A DNA stretch of 64,000 nucleotides from Oikopleura dioica. Taxonomy: Eukaryota; Animalia; Chordata. The first letter of the stretch is position 1; every line of letters starts with the position of its first letter. The DNA lies in the NCBI GenBank assembly GCA_907165135.1, contig OU015567.1, positions 3,100,001 through 3,164,000 on the forward strand, in the 5' to 3' direction. Below, piece after piece: positions 42,803 through 57,879 of this stretch. Under the pieces are notes generated by a model. That model saw only the letters and a program-made list of their open reading frames with translations. It was not told the DNA's origin and made no database searches. Both the position numbers and the translations under genes were made by a program.

Positions 42803-43234
42803 ATGAAAGCCATCTTTGCTGGATTGATACTTTTTGCTGTCGAAACTGCGGCAAAGAGAGAATTCACGGCTTTCCAACTTGCTGTTCGTCAAGAGAGAAG
42901 TACCTTTATATAAGCCAAACTGATTCAATAAAAAAATTAAGGGGAAACTGCCAAGACAATGATCTGCGACGGCGTTCCCGTGTTCGATGAAAACATCGAC
43001 AATGGTGAGTTCCGTCTCTGTTTTCGAAAATAAACTGAAAAACAAGGCCTACTTTGGCACTGCAAGAAAATGCCCCGCGTCAAACACATGGAGCGCGGCT
43101 GGTGCCGACCTCGCTGCGCGGCTCGGAAAACTAGCCGCACTGGTCCGAAGCGAATAAGATGCGACAAAGAACTTGGATGGGTGAATAAGGCCGACAATTC
43201 GATCATTTCACCCAGCGATATTTTCTGCTCCTAA
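42803..43234 (+). CDS. Small secreted basic Cys-rich protein (sushi/CCP-like fold possible)
   Basis: Three exons give MKAIFAGLILFAVETAAKREF...MICDGVPVF...LLWHCKK...WCRPRC...IRCDKELGW...IFCS* (6 Cys). TATA-like ctataaata at about 42723. Confidence 0.7.
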
Positions 43235-43372
43235 AATTCAACTTTTCTACTGCCATTAAAATTCAAGACAAAACGTTTTTTCATTTTTGATTTTTATTAC
43301 AATGATAGATTGATACTTTTACTTGGCAAAAGAACAGTAATTATAAGATACCTACAGACATCGCAATCTCTT

Positions 43373-44565
43373 TCAAAAAAGGGCTCCACCAGTATTTCGT
43401 TTGTGTTGGAATGACCCTATGCCGTACAGAACTCCGCCCCCGCCGACTGAAAAATTCAATAAAAGTGTTCAGAAAACCCGTCTTACGCATAAACATTGAG
43501 ACCAAATTTCCGATTCCAAAGCACATCGCAACAAAAAAGATCGCCAGTCCGACGTAAAGCAATGCTCGAAGCCACCATCTCATTTTCGAAGCAATCCAGA
43601 GAGCTGCTTTCAGCGGTTTCGACTGAAGATATGTTAAAGACTGAAAAAAAACAGAAAAACAACCTGAGAATTTTTGAAGAGAAAAGTAACTTCGATGACA
43701 AAAATCAATATGGCCGAAACAACTTGCGAAACACCGCCAATGATGCAAGGAATGAAATTTGCGAGTGACAAAAAGCACCAAATTGCAGAGATTCCAACAC
43801 CAACTGCTCCAGCAAGTGCTAAAATATTCTTGACTTATATGATTTTAACAGATAGTCAGAAAATAAGTCATGCTGTTTAAAAATTAAACTTCAAATGCTT
43901 ATTTGCATTACGTTGTTGTTGTTGCTTTGTTTTGTCACGACTTGTTGCTGATAACGTAGAATCTATTTATTATCATTAAACGTCTGCTTGCCAGTCCTTG
44001 CTGGATAATTTTCAATTCAGCAATTTGTAAACTTGTTCGAATCGCACTTGAGATAGGCCTGCGCTCGCATTTTGATCCTTTATTAGCAGAGTATAAGTCG
44101 TAATTTTAAATATTTTTTTTTGAAATCATGAAATATATTGAAATTCATGAAGAGAGCGATTCCCAAGAAAAAGGATTTGTCGCAATCAGAGTGTCCGAAA
44201 ATCAGAGGAGAGAGAATGAAAAGACAGACGCAATAGAACTTGTGATTTTTCTTTCCGTTCTAGCGATCGGTAAATTGATTGACACTTAAAACATTAAAAA
44301 ATAATTTATTTAGCTATTCTTGGTATGATGATTTATCTTTTGATAGAAAATGATGCAGTTGCGTGAGATCATCCGAAGTGATGAAAAATTCGAAGAAAAA
44401 ATTTTTCATATTAGTATAATTACTGTCATTTTAAAACATAATAAACGAGCCAGACAAAATAGAAGACGAAGATAACTTACAGAGTCCTTTAGCACCCCAT
44501 TTGACAAGCCAAGGAACTTGGGGTTCTCCGGCATCAGAAGATTCTTGATTTTCTGGGTCTACCAT
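43373..44565 (-). CDS. CACFD1: Calcium channel Flower homologue
   Basis: Exon 1 MVDPENQESSDAGEPQVPWLVKWGAKGL|; exon 2 from 43818 SLAGAVGVGISAIW...GVSQVVSAILIFVIE; WWLRALLYVGLA; GVLYGIGSF. Resembles the Flower PW.LK.G.R.L and GVLYG motifs. Confidence 0.7.
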
Positions 44566-44782
44566 TTTTTCTCACTTTATCCTTTTCTTTTTTTTATAAA
44601 AATGTGGATTTCTCTGCGAGTTTGCGTTTCTCACGTTGAAGAGGAAAAAACCAGGATCGGTTTGCTATTTGAGCAATTTGACTAATACTAGCTGGGTGAA
44701 TCAATACAGGGGCAAACACAGAATCGATTGCTTCAAATAGGAAGATGACGTAAAGGAACGAATTGGTTATAATAATAATTTA

Positions 44783-46002
44783 TTAGCGGCTTTGAGAAGA
44801 TTCAAGCAGTTGAATCTTCGCATGGAATTTTTCGCTGAGAAGGGCGATATCTCCTGTGAGATGTTGGCACATGTATTTCGTTAGCACGGGTTCTTCTAGT
44901 CCAGCTAGATCTCTTATTTCGGCATTACAGTGATTTTTGTATTGTTAAAAAACTTGATAAAAGACCGAATCCTATAAATTCCCACAAACAGAAGATCTTC
45001 AAGCGTCAACTCCGGCCAGCGAAGAGACTTTTCTTTTTCGTGAATTTTCATGAAGGTGCCCGCGGGCGCAGAATAACAAGCTCCTAAGGCGGGTGGAAAG
45101 AGGATGGTAAAAATCACTTTACCTGAACAATAAGTAGGAAACATGTTGATTTTTGGCCATTCTTTTTCATCAATCAACCATTTTCCTTTTACTAAAAAAG
45201 TGAGTTTGAAAGAGCTCAATTCTTATGGGATGACTTACGGACAGGAAGAGTGTTCTGAAGTTTTGAGAAGCCACAATTGATGGAATCCGGAACTCGCTCA
45301 ATTTCTGGATCGTAAAAAGTATCTTGGTCAATAAGTAAGATTTCTTGCTCAGGGTGATGCCCGAAACAGGTGTTAACGAATTCATATGCTTTACTTGAGC
45401 TCAAGAATTTGTATTTCTGGAAGGGTATCGACAAGTTATCTGAGCTCTTTCCTGATGCAGTCTTCTTTGCCAGATTTTTATAGGTATCATTGTAGGTTCC
45501 GAAAATGATGTCTTCTGGGTTTTCTCCGACCAAGTCTTAAAAACGCCCTTACAAGTCGATTCTTTCAAATCTTCCCTTTTACCTGGAACAAAGTCATCCT
45601 CTTCATGCTTCTTTCCGACCAGAAATCGAATTTGGTGACCAATTCTTTTTGCATAATTTCTCCAGAGATATCTCACAGACGAACTTTCAAAAGAACTTTT
45701 CACCAAAATCAGGGGATTTTCCGATCGCTCCGGGCAGGACAAAAAGCTCCCAAGAAATCTGTTCTCAGAGTCTGAGTCTGCTGCTCGCGGATGAGCAAAT
45801 TTCGCCGGAATTTTCGGATAGCAAGTTGGATTGTCGAGCGACGGGAAGAAGAGGCATTCTCTGCGGCGGTAATCGAGCGAAAAATAGCTTTCAAATGATT
45901 TAATTATCCTTAAATATTCACTTACAAAACAATTCCAGCGGAATAAAAAAGACCGATCAGAAGAACTATTCGTTTGGCGATTCCATTCGTTCGAGGGAAC
46001 AT
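44783..46002 (-). CDS. GT31 family beta-1,3-glycosyltransferase (B3GALT/B3GNT-like), type II membrane protein
   Basis: N-terminal TM (RIVLLIGLFYSAGIVFYF); LILVKSS...R..WR...IRFLVG; DIIFGTYNDTYKNLAKKT; DxD-like LIDQDTF; KW..FPTYCSG; LEDLLFVG. Confidence 0.8.
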
Positions 46003-46739
46003 TTTTCTCTTTTGTAATTGCGCTTCATTTTATATCATCTCCCGACTCTGCATTCTAGAAAAAAAAATCATCGTTATTTGCGAAAATTTATTAGATAGAG
46101 AATGTCATTCCTAGACCACTGTAAAGTTGTTGCCCTGCTTTTTTATATAAAGTGGATATTTTTTATCAAGTATTGACGTTCTTAACACTTGACTTTCTCT
46201 CTGTGCCTCTCAGACTCAGTTCTCTTTCTTTTGTCTAGCTGTTTGTACTTAGCCAGGGCCCAAGGCTGCTGGATTCAGTATTGATCCCTTTTGAACTTGA
46301 CCTTTGTCCTAATTTGAGACTGGAGCAAATTGAAAGCCTTAAACCTAATTAAGATTCGTCAGCATCTCTTGTCATATTCCCAAAATCAGAGCGCCAAATG
46401 GAAAGCATCAATTTTAACAACTTCTCTCTCTTATGTCCTTCGTAAGGAGCTTAACTTCATCAATAAAAAAGAAGGATAAGGACAAGTTCATTCAATTCCT
46501 CTCTCAAGTTTTCAACCTACCTGCCATAGAATGCTCTGGAGGAAAAAAAAAAGCGCCAGGGGCACTTTAATCAAATTGCGAATAACGACAGCCTTTGAGG
46601 GATCAACCACTTCCTTTTGTCCCTTCGATTCAAGGATTTGCGTTTGAGAATTCTTTTCTTTTTAAAAATTTATGTAGGAGACGAAATAGGAATTAGGAGT
46701 CGATAGGAAAATCTAACATTTATTGACAGTTATTCTTAT

Positions 46740-49700
46740 TTACAGCTGAATAAAATTTCCAATCGAAGCAGTTTTGTCTTTTTCCCGGTCAATGAGGATC
46801 TTGGTTTTAAAAATGTTATTTTAGCTTTTAAAAGTCTGTACCTTTATAGTGTCTGAAGCGATTCCATCAAAGATGTTCTTTTGGGTTCTTGTGTTTTGAG
46901 AAGGGTCTGGTGATTTGTTGATTTCAAGGAGGAAAACGTTGTTTTGTTTGTCGATCATGAAATCGGCGCCGAAGAACTCGAATGTGTTGGGTCTTTTTGG
47001 GCTTTGGAAGATCGAGGGGCGAGTCACCTGCTGATTGGGTTTGAAAGCCTTCCTGAGATACGAGTAATCCTCCAAGCTATCCCTCACCACCTCTCTTAGA
47101 ACATCCTTCATCGCTGGGAAAATCCTCTCTCGCCAAACATCCTCTCCTTCGTTTTTCTCCAAAAGCCAGGTGCGAAACGTCTCATTTGACCAAATACAAC
47201 TTGACGGGATAAACTCATGCGGTCCTTTTTGCGCGACCGATCTTAGCTTTGCCAAGCGCTGGCCGCTCATTTCCTCGAGCATCGACATTGACTGTTCTTC
47301 TTTGAGGAGTTCGATTTCGTGTTTGGTTCGTTTCAGGTTGCCGACTTGGATGGAGTGATTGGTAAGGTGAATGAATTCATCGAAATCGTCAAGAGAAAAG
47401 TGCTGTCCGGAAAATCTTAAGCATTTTTCTTTGCTTGGACAGCTGGATGACTCTTATTTACCTTAGATAACTTCCATCGTAGATATAGATATCTAGGTTT
47501 TCGTCTGTTCGATGCAGCATGAACCACTGCCGAATGTCAAATTTCCGCTTGTGGATCAACAAAGGTTTTTCGATGTATTTTTGAACCATGACCGGAAAGT
47601 ATTCTTTGTCAGCATTGTCCGAGATTATATTTTCAATGTGCTTGCAAGACAGTTTTTGGGTGAAATCAACGAAGACCTACCTTGAGAACTTCTGAGCATT
47701 GATTGGTGACTTTGATCCCTCGACCGCGTGACGACAAGCAGGGCTTTGTCAGAGGCTAAACAGCTCGTAATCAACGCAATTAAACAGTGTTTAAACTAGT
47801 TCCGAACTTGCTCTGAATTTATAGCTGATATGAACTCCTTCCTTGACGATCCAAATATTTTCCTCTTCACAACTTTCTGAAGTCACATGTTTTTGAATCT
47901 CCTCGAGGTCGCCTTCAAGAAAATGATTATGTAATCGGGTCTTATTCGATTCAACCTGTCGAAATTTTGATGATCTTTCCGGTATATCGAGCATTGAGGA
48001 AGAATTTTTCGAGCTTTTTCCACTTTTTCGAGTCGGCATTGAAATTATCAAGCTGCGAAAGGGCAAATTTGATTTGATCATGAGACCTTCAAACTGTTAG
48101 AAATCTTCTTTTCAAAACAAGAACCTGTAGTTGATAGTGTAGTTCTCAGTTGTATAAAGCGCGAAGGATCTAAGCAGGCCCTTATAAACAGTTGTTTTGA
48201 CGTTTTTCATTTGATCATCAGTTGTGTCTTCGGCTAGAACAGTTTCTTTGAAATATGGTGCGGAGGCCCCATATCGTTTTTGGATCGTTTCGGTTAGGTT
48301 TTGCTTATGAACGAATGTTGTTCCTTCTTCGAAATGATTTATAATGGTCGAAGATGAAAAGTTGTCGTAAGAGACGAGACCTTTCGAAACATCAACTGTT
48401 GCGAAAAATGCGATTTTCGGGTCCTCTGATTTCAGTCGGGCATCTTTTGAAAGGATGAACAACTCATAAGTCAGGAATTTTTGAGTTCTTCGGGAGTTGT
48501 CTCAAAGAACCGATCTAAGACAGAAACCTCAAGCTGTCGCCACCCCTTTCCTAGTGCATCCGTTGCCTCATCTACCGCGTGTTCAGTCATAGCAAGACTG
48601 TAATACCTAGGGAAAATCACTAATAATTCGACTTTTTTCTGGGCTTAGTAGGGTGGGCATATAATACAGTTTTAGAAAGCCCAGGAGCTGGAGATCATTT
48701 TGACTATTGATAGTGGGGGGTGATTTCGTACCCTGAGGGCATTTAGGTACCTCTGAAGTCCCGAAATCTGGCCAATTTCGGAAATGGGGATTTTCGAAGC
48801 CCTAACTAAGCTTTTGAAGGGCTGCCTACTAGCCCAGATTGTAGCTCATGCTCTGGCGGTCATTTTGAGCCCAAAAAAACCTGGGAGGGGGGTGGGTCTG
48901 GGGGGAGCTAGAGGCTCTTGAAGTTTGGGAACTAGTCAGGAATCGAGCACTTTTTCCCAAAAAGTTCATGATCTGTGTTACAAATGCCTTACAAAGACTA
49001 TTTATAGATGTTTATTCATTTAAAAATGTTATAGATGTCATTTGGGGTCATCTTATCGGAGTTTTCTGAATTTCTCATAATCCTTGACCAAAAGTGACCT
49101 CAGATGACCCCAAATGACATCATTAACATTTTTAATGAATAAACATCTATAAATAGTCTTTGTAAGGCATTTGTAACACAGATCATGAACTTTTTGGGAA
49201 AAAGTGCTCGATTCCTGACTAGTTCCCAAACTTCAAGAGCCTCTAGCTCCCCCCAGACCCACCCCCCTCCCAGGTTTTTTTGGGCTCAAAATGACCGCCA
49301 GAGCATGAGCTACAATCTGGGCTAGTAGGCAGCCCTTCAAAAGCTTAGTTAGGGCTTCGAAAATCCCCATTTCCGAAATTGGCCAGATTTCGGGACTTCA
49401 GAGGTACCTAAATGCCCTCAGGGTACGAAATCACCCCCCACTATCAATAGTCAAAATGATCTCCAGCTCCTGGGCTTTCTAAAACTGTATTATATGCCCA
49501 CCCTACTAAGCCCAGAAAAAAGTCGAATTATTAGTGATTTCCCCTAGTAATACCCCCTTTCTCGCCGAGAAATGTAGCTTTTCTTGGAGGCTTTCCGCTT
49601 TCGTGTGGCAGCTTTGTCGATCCATCCTCGTGATTCAAGCTCTTTTTCAAAAGGAAGACGACAGGTCCGTCGGTCGAAGATTTCGTTCTTATCTAGAGCA

Positions 49701-50100
49701 TTTTCCAATCTTCTGTAGTACCCTTGTTCAGTGTTGCCTTACAAAAAGCTCAGAAAAAGAAAGGATAAAGATAATAAGGTTATTCTTATAGACATTTTGA
49801 ACTTTGGCCTTTGACCTTCGAAGTAATCGCATCCTGAAAGAACGAGGCTCTAGAACTGATCCCAGGTGACTTCGAAGCCGAATTTCTCAGTGAATTGGAT
49901 CTCCTCAGCTTCACTGAGTTCTCTCCATTCTTTTCAAATTCGACACTTCTGCTCAAGTCGAGTTTCCCGACACACCGGCCAACTGACGGTGTTCTTCGGC
50001 GCATCAGCTTGGTGCTGCCAGGATTGCTTTGGCGCTCGAACTCTTCATAGCGCTGCTCGATTTTTTCTTCGAAAATTTTGTCGTAAAAGCTTGCCAAGCC
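46740..50100 (-). CDS. Tubulin monoglycylase-like TTLL3/TTLL8 (5' end uncertain, about 49740-50230)
   Basis: LESRGWIDK; WIVK|P..SRGRGI; [11 protein letters not shown]; KFDIRQW; HLTNHSIQ; FEFFGADF; LLEINKSP; final exon [19 protein letters not shown]. Confidence 0.85.
48608..49546. mobile_element. Foldback hAT-type element (939 bp), about 445-bp near-perfect inverted arms
   Basis: Ends TAGGGAAAATCAC / GTGATTTCCCCTA; arms 48608-49053 and 49102-49546 with a 48-bp spacer; 8-bp TSD GTAATACC at 48600-48607 and 49547-49554. Confidence 0.97.
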
Positions 50101-50805
50101 ATCTGAAATGCATTTCTTATACTAGTATGAACTTCTCAAACTTACTGATAAGTGAAGATTTTTCCTTGTCCTTTTTCTTCCCTCCGACAAATTTTTTGAA
50201 TCTCTCGAAAGAAGAACTCGTCACATTCATTTTTTTCGAACTTTTATGAAAGAGCTCTTTCTGATCGAGAAAAGTGCTAGCGACGTGGATTCAAAAGGGG
50301 TGTTTCTTGACTTGCGAGCTCTAACCTTTTAAGAGTTATTGCTGACTAGATGTTGCCACAACCTGCGGCTAAAGAAAGGTGGGACCACCAGGCTTAGCGA
50401 AGAAATATGGGCTACTCTTGTTAATTTTTCCTGCAGAAGATTTAGCTTGTCAATATTTTCAAAACTCTATTTTCAAGAAAAGGGCACATTTTGGAAATCA
50501 TCAACAAATTTATTCAAAAAATGTGACATCAGTTAATACAGTCAGGCAACACGTAAAAAGACGCTTTTCCGCCCTACCAAGTAGAATTGTGCACTTCATA
50601 TGTCAAGTCATTCTTCTCCTTTCATTGTTGGTACTGGGGACTGTTGTTTTTTTTTGACTGCATCATGATTGATGAGCCGTTTATGCGGGATTAAATACGA
50701 GATAAGGAAAACTACAAACTACGAAAAGATAAAGAAAAGGGGGCTGAATCGTTGTCATAAGAATTGCGTTTTGTCCGGTATCCAAAGTTGTAGAAGATGA
50801 CTCAT

Positions 50806-53153
50806 TTAAAACACCATAGCAAGGAGGACAGCATTGAGAGCAAAGAAAATCTGCGCAACTGAAGCTCCAGAATCAGTGGGAGTCTCTCCGGTGGGAGCTG
50901 CGGCGACAGCCTCAGTAAGATCATCAGAAGAAACACCAGCCGCTTTGTTGCATGATCCAGAGCTGCAGTACTCAGTGCTGGAGTAGACGTTGTTGAAGCC
51001 AGGCACGAGAGCGGATGCACCAGCGCGCTCACCCTTGTGGCAATCTCGCTTCATGTTGTAGACAGCTTCTCCATTGACAGTGTAGGAAGATTGGGTGGTG
51101 ACACAAGAGGTGTAAGATAGATCTGGGCAGTTCTCGGCCTTTTCTGTAGACAAAACGGTGTAGCATTTGTCTTCTTTATTGGTGTTTCCGGGATCGGTTT
51201 CGCACTTGAAGCACTGCAGAAGTCGTGCTGTTTGAGTTTGAATCTCAAGGGTGGTCTCGTAGGCGGCGACGTTGCCATTGCAGAGAGTGCCATTAGAGTA
51301 GTCACAGACTCGGTTGGTAACTGCGACGCCATAGATATCCTCCGCAGCGGTGCTGCTGTCAATCATGAGTCCATCCTGATCACACCCTCGCTTGACGTAC
51401 CAGTTGTATTGTGTAGCGGGGAGCTTGCCATTCACAACGCTTTGCTTGTACTTGTAGGCAGAGACAAAGCATCTACCGGTGCAAGAGCCGGAAGTTCCAG
51501 TAGCGGTAGTGGATGAATCCTGAGTTGGTGTGAAAGTCTGCCAGCAGAGAGCGTTGTCTTTGTCCTTGACTGAATCGTAAGTTGGCTCACCGGCGTTGAC
51601 ACCGGAAATAGTTTCGGAAAAGCTGCTCTCGCAAGAGAAGCAATCGAAAATTTGAGCGGTGGACACGGTGGATGCTCGGCCAGTGTTACCATTAGCAGTG
51701 GTCGATCGCTGATTTTGCTGCTTGATGTCAGTCCATCCCTGTGGAACAACATAAGGATCGGCAATACGTTGCTCGCCATCGGTAACGCCATCATCGGGAT
51801 CAGGAGTGCATCCTCTTTTGGCAAAGTAAAAGTTTTCTGAGGCGTCTTCGCCAAGCTTGTACGCAGCACTGACAGATGAACAGCTCAAGGTTTTGCATCG
51901 GACGCGGCCAGTGGTTTTCGCATTTACGCAGTCGTTGGTATTATCAGTGTTACCAATTGGAGTGACGCATTGGAGACATTCAAGCTCATCAAAGATGCTG
52001 TTTGAATAAGAAGGAGCATCGGGCTTGCCAGATCCATCGGGAGAGCTAAACTGGACCGTAAGTGGTCGGATATCGTATTGAGTTGACGAAGTGGCGCTTC
52101 CACTTGTTAGCTGGAAAAAAGTTTGAGTAGAAACATCATTGTCCGGATACTTTGCATTATCTTTTGCTTTAGACGCAGAATTTGTGGCAGCGTAGAATCG
52201 AACATTCATCATTGCGTTGCTAATTGATCTTGTGTTACCGGTTAGAGCTTCACCGCTGTCTGTATTTGGCGTTGCGAGATCATCAGCGCCAACGCAGCCT
52301 CGCTCGATAACTATCCAATTTGAGGTTGTTACTCCTCTGGTATCCTTCGTTCCGTATTGGAAAGTCTTTGTGTAGCAAAGACCGGTTTCACTTGGAATAC
52401 AGTATTTTTCAGGATTAAGACTTGCACTTGAGTCAGTTGCGAAAGTGTTCGAGCCGGATGGATTCCAGCATGGCATCGTTACCTCAGAAGCCTGTCCAGG
52501 ATAGTTTGAAAATTCTTGAGAACCATGGCAGACAAGACAACGAGTTTCAGTCTGGACTTGAATGCTAGAAGTACTGACAGTAGGATCAGTAGCTTCGTCG
52601 TCAACAAAGTCATCTCGACCGTCCATTGCAAAGAATTGGGCTCCGTTTTCGTCAGTTCGGGCGGTGAACAAAACATTCTGACCCTTGTCAGATCCTGTCA
52701 GCTGGTACCCCTTGACACCGTCGTAGTGCTCGAGATCAACTCGGTTTCCATTGGCGATCTCTGACTCGGCGACCGTTCGACGAACACCATAGAAAACCTT
52801 GTTGTTCATGTCTTTTGCTTCAAACATGAAGAAAGTTGCGACACAATACTTCTCAACCTCATGTGAGTATCCGGGATAGCCATCGAGATTGGCAACAGGA
52901 GAAGCCTGAATATGTTACTCAAAACTTAAATATCAATCTTTAAACTTACGGTGTTTGCGTTGATACAAGGAATAGTACTCGAAGCATCAGCCAGCGCATC
53001 TCGGGCAGCATCTTCATTTGCGGCGACATTGATATACTCACAAACTAAGCAACCGTCGATACCTACGCCATTACCATCATCGAGTTGATAATGACCTTCA
53101 GTTTTTGAAAAAGCATAGGAAGAGCTTATTCCTAAAAGAGGAAGAAGCTTCAT
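50806..53153 (-). CDS. GPI-anchored protein with about 5 tandem Ly6/uPAR (three-finger)-like domains
   Basis: Exons 53153-52950 and 52905-50806. Signal MKLLPLLGISSSYA; repeated C..C ... C ... C ... [KE]RGC ... CN pattern (e.g. LQCFKC...KRDC...YCSSGSCN); C-terminal SGASVAQIFFALNAVLLAMVF*. Confidence 0.75.
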
Positions 53154-53718
53154 TTTGGCTGTTGTGCGATCAACTACGGAACTCGCTCGATTTTATACCG
53201 TCTCTGGTGGCCATGGTCACGAGCATGGAGACGGTTTCTAGCTGCAGTTTACTTTAACTGAAACGAGCAGATTCACGAACTTGAGCGCGTTCAATGCCAA
53301 AACTTTCATTGTTACTGTATCTAATTCTGCGAAAGACAAAGATCAACCGGCAAAGTGCAAGTTCTCCCAAGAAAAAAAATGCAATTTTGTTGTTGCGACG
53401 GAAGTCTATTATGTATTGAAGAAGATTCGAGAAAGTTTTGGTTGCAAGATTTTAAATATTTTAATTCTAATTTTAAAATTCATTGTAATAAGGTCATGGA
53501 GGTTCATACTAAAGCAAAAATCTGCCGGAACTTTCGGTTCGTAAGAATAAGTCCTCACAGCGCTCAAAAATCGATCTATCCCGGAAGATATTTGATACAT
53601 CCTTCAAAATGTGCCACTCTTCCAAATCGAGAGATGAGCTAAAACAAACAGAGAAAAATCAAAATAAAAATCTTTCTTTTCTCGATTTTGACATTTCATA
53701 AACGGTACTTTTTGGAAA

Positions 53719-55785
<2,067 letters not shown>

Positions 55786-56031
55786 GCCATCAACAACAAT
55801 TACCAATTTGACTGCCAAAGAAATAAACTTGACAAATGAAATGCAAAAACCTCTAGAATATGTTCAGCAAACAGAAACAGAAAACGAAAACTCGTTGAGT
55901 GGGCGTATCCCAAGGTCGTCCACACATATTTGTTCTGATTTATTTTTGCTCAAAGCAGATAATTCGACTTGACTGCCGGGCTTTGAGGAAAAAACGCAAG
56001 TTTATTGGCAAAATTTAACGGGAGAGAAACA

Positions 56032-57308
56032 ATGGAGAATCCATCTGTTGTCGTGAAAAAAGCAGAAGGAAAGGAATTTTCCTGCGACTTGGTTATTGAA
56101 GACCGGCCAGTGCCAGAAATTGACGACGGTAGATCTTCTTTTTCTGATTCTATTTCTTTAGTTTTTTTTAGATGATGTTTTGCTCGAAAAGGGATCGGTC
56201 GGAATTTGCGGCTCTGATGTTCATTACTGGACTCACGGTAGAATCGGCGATTTCATCGTCAACGAGCCCATGATTCTCGGTCACGAAGCTTCTGGAAAAG
56301 TAATCAAGGCCGGCAAGAATGTCAAAAATCTGCAAGTTGGCGATCGTGTCGCCATCGAACCTGGTTACAACTTGGAGGCGGACGACTATGCGAAGAAGGG
56401 AAGATATAATTTGTCAGATGTCTTTTTCTGCGCGACGCCTCCGGATGATGGATGCTTGATGAAGTATTACAAGCACAAGGCAAACTGGTGCTACAAGATT
56501 CCCGGTAAAAGAAATGACTCATGAATATTCCTTATTATTTTCGCTAGAAAACATGAGCTACGAAGAAGCTGCATTCATCGAACCCCTGTCTGTTGGCATT
56601 CATGCTTGTCGCCGGGCGAACATCACTCTTGGAGATACTGTGCTCATCACTGGCTGTGGACCTATCGGCCTTGTCTCTCTTCTCGTTGCTCGAGCGATGG
56701 GAGCTTCGAAGGTGCTTATGACGGATATGAACGGAGAGAGGTTGAAGAAAGCCATTGAATGCGGCGCCAGGTAAAATTGAGAAAGAAAGAGATTGTTTTT
56801 AGAAAAATTTCAGTGAAACGATTCAAGTGACAAGGGAGCAAACTCCCGAGCAAATCGCTGAAATTGTGGAAGAAAAGCTCGGCGGAAAACCAAATATTAC
56901 CATCGAATGCACTGGAGCTGAGTCTTGCATTCAGGTTTTAGAAAGAGGGAGATGAGTGTTTTCTGATTTCTTTAGACTGGAATTTACGCGACCAAATCAG
57001 GCGGATGTCTTTTGCTAGTTGGATTGGGCAAGGAAATGGCGAATCTTCCGATTGTCAATGCTGCTGTTCGAGAAGTTGATATCCGAGGGGTTTTTCGATA
57101 TTGCAATACCTGGCCTATTGCGATCAACATGATTTCCTCAGGTGCATTATTTTTTTCTTTGATATTCTTTTATTCATTTTTAGGGCAAATCCATGTCAAA
57201 CCGCTGGTAACCCATCGATTCGAACTGAAAGACGCACTCAAAGCCTTCGAAACAACTCGCCGAGGAGAAGGAGTGAAAGTTATGATCAAGTGTCTGCCAG
57301 ACATGTGA
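56032..57308 (+). CDS. SORD: Sorbitol dehydrogenase
   Basis: [52 protein letters not shown]. Lacks the structural-Zn Cys cluster, as vertebrate SORD does. Confidence 0.95.
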
Positions 57309-57879
57309 TTTCCTGATGTTCAACTGTTCAAGAATAGATTTCTTTTCGAGTATCGACAGCGGTTATTTGTATAAAAAAGAAGGCGTCTCATCGTCGCCTA
57401 TCGATCAGAACTCTATTATTCGGTTTCCTTTCGAAAACGAGCTACTTCCGGGAGTGGCGACTGCGGCTATTCTTCCGGTTTCGTGGCTACTGGCGACGAT
57501 TATCTTTTTGGCAGAGTTTTTTGCTCACTTCGGTTATTGAATTTCTTGAATAATTTATTGATACACTGTTTCCAATATCGTATTATCAAACTTGAACTAT
57601 ATTTTTTCGAGTTTCTTTAGGTGTTGAATAAAATTGACAAATCTCAAACCATTTTGTAGGCAGCAGCTTCAGCTGTCAGCACTGGCGCCGCTCTGGAAAT
57701 TCAAAAGGAAGCGATTATTTTAACATTTGCTAATGGCGCCTATTTGACGCCATAGCTGTGAATTCACTCATCTTTATCAATCAAGTTTATATCCAGCTTA
57801 TAACCAGTGATTCACGCAAATTTAATCGTCATCCAATAATTAAAAATCCAGAATTGGCGTCAATCTTTTTTCCTAGAAC

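Noticed and set aside
44157-44357. Small two-exon TM peptide on + inside Flower intron 1
   Set aside because: No start codon or upstream exon could be found; hydrophobicity may reflect T-rich DNA.
46100-46680. Compositionally distinct stretch as an LTR or ncRNA
   Set aside because: No direct repeat partner, PBS, TIR or recognisable RNA motif.
47830-47860. Apparent WIVKE substitution of the TTLL WIVKP motif
   Set aside because: A GA-donor intron after WIVK joins to P(C)LSSRGRGI and restores the motif, so it is probably an ORF-track artefact.
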